A stretch of DNA of 64,000 nt from Balanoglossus misakiensis (taxonomy: Eukaryota > Animalia > Hemichordata): contig CM082579.2 of NCBI GenBank assembly GCA_040954595.2, positions 6,933,625-6,997,624 of the forward strand. The letters are read 5' to 3'. A program made the translations under genes and the position numbers. Under the pieces are notes generated by a model. That model did no database searches. It had not been told where the DNA came from and saw only the letters and a list, made by a program, of their open reading frames with translations. Numbering within the stretch: the first letter of the stretch is position 1; every line of letters begins with the position of its first letter. Below are positions 54,801-64,000 of this stretch, piece after piece.

Positions 54801-57800
54801 GAAAAAACCATGGGTTATAGCTCAGGAAAATGTTCAAAAATCGACGATTTTTCGACTTTGCGAATTTCCAAAATTTGGTCATTTTTTGTAAAAACCATGG
54901 GTTATAGCTCAGAAAAATGTTCAAAAATCGACGATTTTTCGACTTCGCGAATTTTCAAAATTTGGTCATTTTTTGAAAAAAACCATGGGTTATAGCTCAG
55001 GAAAATGTTCAAAAATCGACGATTTTTCGACTTTGCGAATTTTCAAAATTTGGTCATTTTTTGAAAAAACCATGGGTTATAGCTCAGGAAAATGTTCAAA
55101 AATCGATGATTTTTCGACTTTGCGAATTTTCAAAATTTGGTCATTTTTTGAAAAAACCATGGGTTATAGCTCAGGAAAATGTTCAAAAATCGACGATTTT
55201 TCGACTTTGCGAATTTTCAAAATTTGGTCATTTTTTGTAAAAACCATGGGTTATAGCTCAGGAAAATGTTCAAAAATCGACGATTTTTCGACTTTGCGAA
55301 TTTTCAAAATTTGGTCATTTTTTGTAAAAACCATGGGTTATAGCTCAGGAAAATGTTCAAAAATCGACGATTTTTCGACTTTGCGAATTTTCAAAATTTG
55401 GTCATTTTTTGAAAAAACCATTGGTTATAGCTCAGGAAAATGTTCAAAAATCGACGATTTTTCGACTTTGCGAATTTTCAAAATTTGGTCATTTTTTGAA
55501 AAAACCATGGGTTATAGCTCAGGAAAATGTTCAAAAATTGACGATTTTTCGACTTTGCGAATTTTCAAAATTTGGTCATTTTTTGAAAAAACCATGGGTT
55601 ATAGCTCAGGAAAATGTTCAAAAATCGACGATTTTTCGACTTTGCGAATTTTCAAAATTTGGTCATTTTTTGAAAAAACCATGGGTTATAGCTCAGGAAA
55701 ATGTTCAAAAATCGACGATTTTTCGACTTTGCGAATTTTCAAAATTTGGTCATTTTTTGTAAAAACCATGGGTTATAGCTCAGGAAAATGTTCAAAAATC
55801 GACGATTTTTCGACTTTGCGAATTTTCAAAATTTGGTCATTTTTTGTAAAAACCATGGGTTATAGCTCAGGAAAATGTTCAAAAATCGACGATTTTTCGA
55901 CTTTGCGAATTTTCAAAATTTGGTCATTTTTTGAAAAAAACCATGGGTTATAGCTCAGGAAAATGTTCAAAAATCGACGATTTTTCGACTTTGCGAATTT
56001 TCAAAATTTGGACATTTTTTGAAAAAACCATGGGTTATAGCTCAGGAAAATGTTCAAAAATCGACGATTTTTCGACTTTGCGAATTTTCAAAATTTGGTC
56101 ATTTTTTGTAAAAACCATGGGTTATAGCTTAGGAAAATGTTCAAAAATCGACGATTTTTCGACTTTGCGAATTTTCAAAATTTGGTCATTTTTTGAGAAA
56201 ACCATGGGTTATAGCTCAGGAAAATGTTCAAAAATCGACGATTTTTCGACTTTGCGAATTTTCAAAATTTGGTCATTTTTTGAAAAAACCATGGGTTATA
56301 GCTCAAGAAAATCGTCCAAAAATGACAATTTTTCGATTTTGCAAAAGTTCATAATTTCTTCATTTAAAAAAATCAGGTATGTATGTCCGTCTGTCTGTCT
56401 GTCTGTCTCTTGTTTTGAAATGCACTAAGAGATGCGGTTATCGTCTGTCACCATGGTTACAATGCATGGACTCGATTTGGACCAGCAGTGATCACATGAC
56501 AGTGCACGTGCTACATGTCGAATTTCACAAAACTCAGAAGCCTAAGACTCCTACCTGAGGCAAAGTATTCCAGCTTGAATCCTGTGTGGGTTCTATTCTC
56601 GGCGTCGCCAGTTTGAAAAGTCAGGTACAGCCTCGGGACAGTGGAACTGAACGAGACCGTTTCGTTGCCACATGCCCGGTCGATGACGATGCTGCTTTCG
56701 TTTCTGCCATTGAAGGCCTGTAAATTTGACACAGGCTCGAATGGATTGAACAGTTCTCGCCTAAACAATAATACTCTTCTAGTATTATAATATATAACAA
56801 CACGAAAATAAACAGGATTTCATCCATTCTAATCTTACTCTTATCCTTCCCAACGCAGATACATTAATATCTAGATATAATTGAATATTGACACAGCTAG
56901 TTTACGTATATGTTTGGTATGATTATTGATGTGATTTGTGTTTTTTTCACTTCGCGTCAATAATTTAATTAAATTGGCTGGGTTAAAAAATTCTCTCCTA
57001 GTCACTGTAGAAAGAAATCTTTAAATGGCAGGAAATGGAAGGCATTTGTGACTCACTGCCAGGAAATCCTGATCGCAGTCAGCGGAAATTGAGAGATCCA
57101 TAGAGAGAACCCGGATGTCCACTTTGTTGCCGACGTCCGTAGCGATCAGCCAATCACAGGAGACGTTGGATGGAGACGGGTTGGGGTGATTGGGACTCTC
57201 GATTGTTCCCACTGCGTGTGCGCTGTCATTCGCCAGCATTTGGATTCCGCTGCATATACCTGGTGGAAAGAAAAGAAGAGCCATCGCTGCTTTAAATTTG
57301 AACACCAAAGAAACCAATAGCGTCGACTTGCCTTTCAAGTATATATAGAACGTTTCGAAAATTGCGATAAACATGAGCAGCACACGTACCTGTATAGTTC
57401 GCTTTGAAACCTTTAAACCCTTGCGAACCGTCCGAATGGAATACGATAGTTAATATGTTGGACGATGAAAGAACTTCGGTTGTTACATTATTGCCGCAAT
57501 ATTGCCCAATTCTGGTTGACGCATTTTGAAAGCCATCGTAAATCTTTGGAGACAAAATGAAAAAAAATGGATACTGAAGTTATATATACAAAGGTTATGT
57601 TAACAGACGTTCTTACAATTCGGGGAATGGGCAGAAAAGCAATTGCAATCCGATGACAGACAAATACTGAATTTCACAAGAACGTCCATACCTCCACATA
57701 ATCGTAGCAGACATCTTGGAGTCTGCCTTCAAGGACAAACTCGATGAAACTCAAGAAAACCTTGTTTCCTCTTGACACAGCAATGACCCAAGTACAGTCC

Positions 57801-58254
57801 TCGTCGTTCGGATATCCGAGGCCTTTTCGGGGGCTAGTTATAACTCCTGTCCAATCATTGAATTCACCATCTATTCCTGAGCAGGTTCCATCTGAAAAGC
57901 AGATGAATGTAGCATCGAATAGTAACTCATTCACTTTGCGTATAGGTGATGTTAACTTTCCCACTATCACGGAATTTCGAAATTGGCAAAAATAAAGAAC
58001 TGATCCGACACTTGATTATGAAAACTCGAAATTGCCATCTCATTAATTTTTCACGAAAATATGATTACTTACATTGATGTAAAAAAGTTAGTCAATTTCG
58101 ACAGCTTGAGACCCATGCCAATTTTTTTTTTCAAATTGGAACGCAATCACGATCATTTCCCCAAAGAGGTGCTTGAGTCCTTACCTGCCCCGTGGAGTGT
58201 AGCAGACACAACGGCCGCTAACATCCAACATAGCACCACCGCTCCGGAACCCAT
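30333..58254 (-). CDS. Adhesion GPCR (signal peptide, 2 CUB, 3 EGF, HormR, GAIN/GPS, secretin-type 7TM), ~1157 aa, ~28 coding exons
   Basis: Minus-strand exons 58254-58185, 57891-57692, 57543-57390, 57259-57057, 56717-56555, 40305-40078, 39901-39782, 39355-39239, 39118-39006, 38659-38447, 38319-38248, 37645-37483, 37303-37154, 36837-36720, 36598-36481, 36022-35973, 35499-35376, 35132-35023, 34620-34521, 34226-34076, 33761-33695, 33427-33364, 32719-32625, 32036-31910, 31549-31508, 31119-30922, 30615-30511 and 30371-30333 total 3474 nt in frame with GT-AG sites. GPS motif WRGDGC...[16 protein letters not shown]. 7TM motifs [32 protein letters not shown] and LNSMQG. The last two tail exons are less certain (read-through stop at 30763); AATAAA at 29981-29986. 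Confidence 0.9.
31305..31450. mobile_element. Fold-back (MITE-like) element in an adhesion GPCR intron
   Basis: Nested arms: ATGGTAATCTTTAAGG / CCTTATGATTGCCAT (imperfect), GCCCT / AGGGC, and CCGGGATTTGCG (31333-31344) / CGCAAATCCCGG (31393-31404). Confidence 0.55.
36125..36207 (+). tRNA. tRNA-Leu-TAA: tRNA-Leu (anticodon UAA), 83 nt, type II with long variable arm
   Basis: Acceptor stem AGTGCGG/CCGCACT with discriminator A; A-box TGGCCGAGCGGTTAAGGC; anticodon arm TTGGA-CT-TAA-GT-TCCAA; T arm GTGGG-TTCGAAT-CCCAC; TTTT Pol III terminator just downstream. Confidence 0.95.
36839..36915. repeat. (AG)n / (AGAGAC)n microsatellite forming the polypyrimidine tract of an adhesion GPCR acceptor
   Basis: Run of GA dinucleotides directly abutting the minus-strand acceptor at 36838-36839. 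Confidence 0.9.
38776..38815. repeat. (ACC)n-(AAC)n compound microsatellite
   Basis: CACCACCACCACTACCACAACAACAACAACAACAAC in an intron. Confidence 0.8.
40338..56372. repeat. ~16 kb satellite array, ~183 units of an 88-bp (type A) and 87-bp (type B) monomer
   Basis: Type A: CATGGGTTATAGCTCATGAAAATCATCCGAAAATGACAATTTTTCGACTTTCCGAATATTCAAAATTTCTTCATTTTTTGACAAAAAT (period 88, e.g. 48511 to 48599). Type B: CATGGGTTATAGCTCAGGAAAATGTTCAAAAATCGACGATTTTTCGACTTTGCGAATTTTCAAAATTTGGTCATTTTTTGAAAAAAC (period 87, e.g. 49831 to 49918). Head-to-tail with no spacers. Confidence 0.98.
56377..56410 (+). repeat. (GTAT)2-GTCC-(GTCT)5 microsatellite abutting the satellite end
   Basis: GTATGTATGTCCGTCTGTCTGTCTGTCTGTCT immediately after the last degenerate unit. 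Confidence 0.8.
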
Positions 58255-59447
58255 ACCGGGTGTCGTCGTGTCCACCAAGGCTGTCCTACTGACTGTACAA
58301 CAGCACCACGCAGAACACAAATCAAGGCGCTCGGAAACAGATCTGAGCGAGAAAATGCGAAATTCTGTATTTGCGATTTTAGAGTGCCGATGTGCAAACC
58401 ATCCTCATGACTCTACACAAACAATAATTATTCCGTCCGCATCGCATTGCGCTGTAAAGTTATATCCGGTTTTGTTCTGCGCAGGTGGCAGGAAGTTTCG
58501 AGGCCAATGAAGTTCACCAGACGTTCTCACAACCCTAATGCGCAGTTTCATCGCGGCAACGGGTGCATTAGTTTTCCGATATAAAACGATTAGTTGTCCT
58601 TAATTTCCTGTCCACTTTGAAGTATTTATATCTTAAACAAATTTATGGCGAAGACCAATGAATATCAACGCGTTAACCTGCTGGTGAATTGAATTTAAAG
58701 TAAAAATATGTAATATGTCTCGGGGCGTGGAATTGAACAGAAGAAAACATACTAAACTCGAGCAAGTCTCACTGTTGAACGATGTCTGCAGGAATTGAAA
58801 CTGAACACCAATCAAGTAATTGCTCTAACTCTGTTGGTTGAAAGGTGCCCCCATCTATGAGCTAAATGAACGGGATGTCAGTATAAATGAAAGTTGCAGC
58901 ACTTACTGAGTTACTTCAGCTCCTTTAAGTTCCAGATCTTACAGAAATCGCGAAGTTTATCAGAAGTAAACCGACGCCATACGCCGCTTTTGTGACATAA
59001 TGTCGCGACTAGACTGTTTCCCAATCAAATTCCTCGCAATGACTTCTGGGCCCGTTTGTCCATGTTGGCTTGGCAACGAGGACAACACGTCGTCGGAATC
59101 CACATTTCTATCTATATGCACACAGTGCACCTGCTCGAGGAAACATGACTGTGTTTTGAAGGTTTCAGGCCAGTGATTTTAGAAAATCAGTGCGTAATTT
59201 CCTGTGCTCTCCACTCGAGGTTGAGTTGGTGTCACAAGCCATCCCTCCTATATCTTCGCAAAGTTATGGAGACCCGAAAGTACCAGTGCTGCTCCCTATT
59301 TACCTTATGGCACGTGAAATTTAATGCAATCTATCCCGGGGGCGTTTTATTGCTCAAATATGTGAAATAAATCTATGTTGAAAATACGTTGGAAAAGCTT
59401 AGTTATACAGTGCTAGTTTGTTAACTCTGAAAACATTTTTTAAAGAT

Positions 59448-62400
59448 CTAAAGCACAAAAGCAACCAATGTTGCTAAATGGACAAGTAGAATGACATAGA
59501 ACATGTGCGAAGTCTGTCTTGACGACTTGGAGACATCTCCTGCGATGTAGATCTTGGGTTCGCCTTTCGTCAAGGTCACGGTGAACTGGCCATTCGAAAC
59601 AGTCACTTCGTCAGAAGGGTCAAACAGGTTGGATAGCACTGAAAGAAAACAGAGACTTATATTCAGAGGCTGTAGACGTTCGAAGAGACAAACCAAAGGT
59701 CAAACCATCAACCAGACACAAAGACAGACAGGCAGACAGACAGACAGAGAGAATAATAACATCATACCTGTGCCATCAGTAAATTCTGCATTAGTAATAG
59801 TTCGCTTAATGTCGTCAAAACCACTGCCCCTGTTTGTAATTGCGATAAACGTCTGAAAAAATGACCGAGATAGAAAAAGAGTGACATCAAGCCGATCGGT
59901 GATGGCCAACATCAGGAAATCATTGCTCTGCTTCATTGCGTGAATGTTTCATTTCTGGTCGAATCAAATGAATTAACGGTTCGTCATAGCTCATTGGTCA
60001 GATTCGCAAAAGACAATGATACCTCTAGTTTTTTGTGTGTTGACTATAGTGTAGTACGACGACCATTGCCAAGTACGATAGTTGTGGTTTGTGTTGGAAT
60101 TGTCGTTCGCTCACTCGGGCAGTATGCAAATACACACATTTTTTCCCCACTGATTAAACTTCCTTCACTAAAGTGGTCGATTTGTTGGGAATAGTGACCA
60201 CAAACATTACTAAACACAACTACTCACCTCAAATCGAGTAAATGAATAGAAGTCCATGTCGTACACGCTCTCTTTCTGTTCACTGTCGATGAAGGACTGT
60301 CCAAGACTATGGCGATAGTTATTCACCTTGACCATAAACTGTATGCAAAAATCGAATTTGACAGGATATGAAAAATACAACTTGGACTAAACTAACCAAA
60401 ATTATATAATATTATATTACATGAGAACTGAACATAATCTCACTAAGGTATCAAAAAACATAACATAACACAGAGTATCAGATGGCACAACGTCACAGTT
60501 AAATTCCATATTGTACCCGAAATAACGTAACATGTGTAGTTTGTTTAAATACAATATATCCTATCACACCACCCCGACCCACACCAAAGCAAATCACACC
60601 ACACTATGCATAAAACAATCATTTATGATCGAAAACATTTAGCAATATTTCTTATTCAATATGCATGACAACACACACCTTGTACAGTTCGTGTTCGGTG
60701 TCCACGTGGGGCCAAAGTGACTCCCTATTCTGTGGATCATTGCCACCATCAAAACCAAGCTCGGTGCCATAATAAAGGAACGGAATCCACTGAATGTGGG
60801 AAACAAATGTTCGAATTAATTCATGCAAAGCAAGATATATGTACTGAGTTTATAATACTGTTGTATCTTTGTACTTGACAGTTCTGTTGTTTTTACTGAA
60901 GATGTCACTGTTCAATGGGTAATCTTTCAAGGCGAGAAGTGAACGTTGACGAATTAAGTTACAGTAAATTGCAAAAAAGCTTACAATGATTTTCGTCAAT
61001 ATAAAAAACAGGACACTCAAATGTTCCTGTGAAAACTGTCTTATATCCAGTCACCTACCCGTGCCATCATCAGATAGACTAACGCGTTCTTCAGCGCCGT
61101 GACGTCGCTGTTGCGAGACAAGAATCGCGCTCTGTCGTGGTTGTCAAGGAAACCACCAAGTATTGTGGTGTCTTGGTAAGCCGCGGCCTACAGATGCAGA
61201 AGAAATTAATCGAAGGACAGTTAATGACGGAAGTGGAGAATATACCACTTCCTGAGAAATTAGTCAACAACCGACAACAACAACACGTTAGTGACACAAA
61301 CACACACGATTTCAGTTTTAATGCGTTACCTCAGCAACAAGCTGATCGTGGATTCGGACAAGACTGCTTCCAGCCGGATTATTCTGGAAGAGATCTTCCA
61401 GTACAAAATACATCGGGAAGGACAACACGGAGTCTAGATTACCCTGGTAACTGGCGACCACCTCAAGGTTGCCATCGTACGCTTCGCCGATTGTGTAGCC
61501 CTGGCAGGCTTGGTCAACTTCTTGCAAAAAATCCATGGAAACCTGTGACGAGAGTACGCGACCGAATTAAACAATCTTGGCTATATACGCCCTGCGTATG
61601 GTATGATGGTGGTATAAAAATGGCCACACAATGTATTATTGCCTATATCTGTAGTTTGTCGCAATAAGCCTGCAGCAAAAATAATTGGAGGTAACATTAT
61701 ACGAACCCCTTTGACGAAGTCAAGGCGATACCCATCAAACCCGTAATCGGTATCCAAACTTCTGGCCCAGTCCAATAGAATCTGTCGTACTTCAGGGTTT
61801 GTCTGGTTCAAATCGGGTAGGGAGGCCAACCAACATTCGTGTACCTAAATGCATGCAACAGTCGAGTTACACCAACAATATTTGGCGGGTTTTAGTGCTA
61901 AACAACACTACCACTGTTTCCGAAAAATATGTATCCCATCAAAGAAGCGAAATGGTACTTTCCTAGCAGCCACACGAACGACAAGCACTTATAGAGGGCG
62001 TATGTTCCTTGAAATCTAAGCAGGTGGGAAAGGAATCAGTGAAGGCTACCTACATTATCTGGCTGTTCGTTCGCCCAATCGATGTCACAGAATGGATGAA
62101 AGTGATCGGTTGCATTGAAAGGAGTAAAACCGGTGAAGTTAGTCGTCTTCTCAATAGGGCACCCACTCCAGTGACAACCTTCCTGATAACCCATGTGATT
62201 CAGTACCCTGCAAAGTTGACCGCGTTGAATCAAAAGTCGGTGTTTGCAGCAACAAAAAACGTGTTTTGCAAAGTGTGTCTCTCTTGATATGTGTGTAAAA
62301 CATGTACTTATAAATGATCTAAAAAACTGACACTTGTGATTTTTGAAGTAAAATCCACGTGCCAAAACGAAGTCGGTTCTCCCGTGGAACTGTTGATTCA

Positions 62401-63625
62401 TTGGTCATTGTAGCGATGCACATACATTTTCATCATTTACTTCCAACTTGCGCGTTTACCTCACTTGTACTTACAGATCAGCCATGATCCAAACGTCTCT
62501 CTCGTGGCACGCCGCAACCAAATCTTTCAGGTTCTGCGCGCTCCCGAAATTAGGGTTGACTTCATAGATATTCTTTGGCCAGTATCCATGGAAACCAAGC
62601 TCGGTATTTGCCACAAACGGCGAGATCCATATAGCGTTCATACCTTTTCAACAAAATCATGTCAAACGTGTTACATTTCAGCAATATAGGCCTACGCTTG
62701 GCTGATGCTAATCTCAATAGTTACAGATGGTATTCCGCATGTAAAGTGTCTCCTTTACTTTGTCGTTTTAACAACTATAATGACATATATGTTTATAATG
62801 ATACGGCACGTCTGTAATCGAAAATACAACACACCGCTGCATACTGAGCATGACAGTTTCAGTCATCACTCTATTGTATGATTGAGAGATACGAGTCATT
62901 ACTTGTTTCAGTGTGCTAAATCTGCCAAGTAGCTATACGTGTATTTGATAGCTGGCATACCAAGTCCAGTTATGTAGTCCAAGTTGTTCTCGATGCCTTT
63001 GAATGTGCCACCACAGTATTCGTAAAGTTCCTCACATTCTGTGTCTGGCGACTGTTCGGTGTGTGAGAACCGGTCTGTCAAAATCTGCAAGAACAAAATA
63101 TTAGCTAGTGGGATAGTGTTTATTAGCACAGTGTTACTTATTTACCCAACACAACTTTAATTTATGTCTCGCGATATGCGCGATAGCTTCACAATGGGCC
63201 GTATTTATCTTTTTTGCACTGCAAACATTTTATCCTCAGTAAGATGGTGATAACACGTCATATACAGCTCAACGACGACCCGTTACACGATAGCATTTGA
63301 ATATGGTCATAGTTAGCCAGTGTTAAGACTTCGTGCTACCATGAAGTTATTATAAATTTATTCAGTTGGAAACTGTGTGTGGCACAACTCACTATATGGA
63401 TAAATGTGACTGACAAGCTTGCGGATGTATCGTTCATCGAAGGTAAACAGCACGGGTGAAAATTGCAGAAAACTGTGTGATCGTAATTCACCGAGTCTGT
63501 AGTTCAGAAAAAGAAGTTCAGAAAGGCCCTCTCACCTGGTACACTACGCGGCTTTTCCACTCTTCAGGAGTTTTGCCGAGAGCGACTTGCAAAACGAGCA
63601 AGATGGTTACTGCTTCCCTTAACAT
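59448..63625 (-). CDS. Alpha-amylase family GH13_1 (Taka/fungal or Dictyostelium type) enzyme, 504 aa, 11 exons, with signal peptide and C-terminal hydrophobic (GPI-like) tail
   Basis: Exons 63625-63536, 63084-62961, 62643-62475, 62207-62054, 61844-61707, 61542-61330, 61187-61059, 60789-60679, 60338-60228, 59852-59768 and 59638-59448 total 1515 nt in frame. Motifs: WKSRVVYQILTDRF, YCGGTFKGI...LDYI.GLGMNAIWISP, FHGYWP, region I DLVLNH, LPDL, region II GYRLDFVKG, region III GEAYDG, region IV FLDNHD, GGNDPQNRESLW. AATAAA at 59346-59351. Confidence 0.93.
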
Positions 63626-63714
63626 GGCTGAAAACTTTTCTGCTACAAATATGGCTCACTAACGAAATCAGCTTAGCACTGACAACTTGAGAAACGCCAG
63701 AGACGGCAATCCGT

Positions 63715-63810
63715 CAGCGCCGCCTTTGGTCTCGCGAGAACAGCAGGTTCTCGACTCTGAGAACTGGCAGAGTAAGACGCATGGTTCGAGGGCGAAGACT
63801 GCCAATCACA
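63715..63810. promoter_or_regulatory. Putative promoter upstream of the amylase gene
   Basis: Palindrome TCTCGCGAGA at 63730-63739 and CCAAT at ~63802, 105-180 bp upstream of the ATG in a CpG-rich stretch. Confidence 0.45.
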
Positions 63811-64000
63811 ATACGAGGCATGAGCGGGCCTCTGGTAAAGGCAGATGCAACGCGCTGATGGAATAAATTGTTACATTCATGTTCGAACAGGACAAAGTCA
63901 ATTCAGCCAAATATTAAAGGGGTATAGGTTCGCGAGAATATAATAATGACGTAATAATTTCACTCCGAGAGTTGAAATTAAAAACAAGCAGCTGGCGTTT

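Noticed and set aside
40338-56372. CRISPR-like array
   Set aside because: Contiguous tandem monomers with no unique spacers, no cas genes, and a eukaryotic intronic context.
49511-56428. Long + strand ORFs of 29-aa repeats ([29 protein letters not shown]), up to 326 aa
   Set aside because: By-product of the 87-bp (3 x 29) type B unit. They vanish in 88-bp type A units, are broken by homopolymer indels, two frames are open at once, and there is no codon-position bias.
59448-63625. Fungal contamination or recent horizontal transfer of the amylase
   Set aside because: Intron size and composition match neighbouring animal genes, it is contiguous with them, and GH13_1 is an established ancestral animal amylase type.

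Overview
Intron-rich animal genomic DNA, probably a marine invertebrate deuterostome such as a hemichordate or echinoderm (inference). Exons were traced by hand from splice sites and frame continuity. In order: the last five exons of a prolyl 4-hydroxylase alpha gene (+); a 3-exon NDUFA2 gene (-) absent from the ORF track and head-to-head with a 35-exon NEK1 kinase gene (+, two GC-AG introns); an orphan class A GPCR with a single coding exon (GPR161-like, -); a ~28-exon adhesion GPCR (-; signal peptide-CUB-CUB-EGFx3-HormR-GAIN/GPS-7TM); and a Taka-type (GH13_1) alpha-amylase-family gene (-). The adhesion GPCR hosts an antisense tRNA-Leu(UAA) and a ~16 kb satellite array (88-bp and 87-bp variants with higher-order structure) inside one intron. 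The amylase has a GPI-signal-like C-terminus and an altered conserved region II. The most notable items are the two-variant intronic satellite, the putatively GPI-anchored animal GH13_1 enzyme and the adhesion GPCR architecture. Most short ORFs in the track, including all long satellite ORFs, appear spurious.
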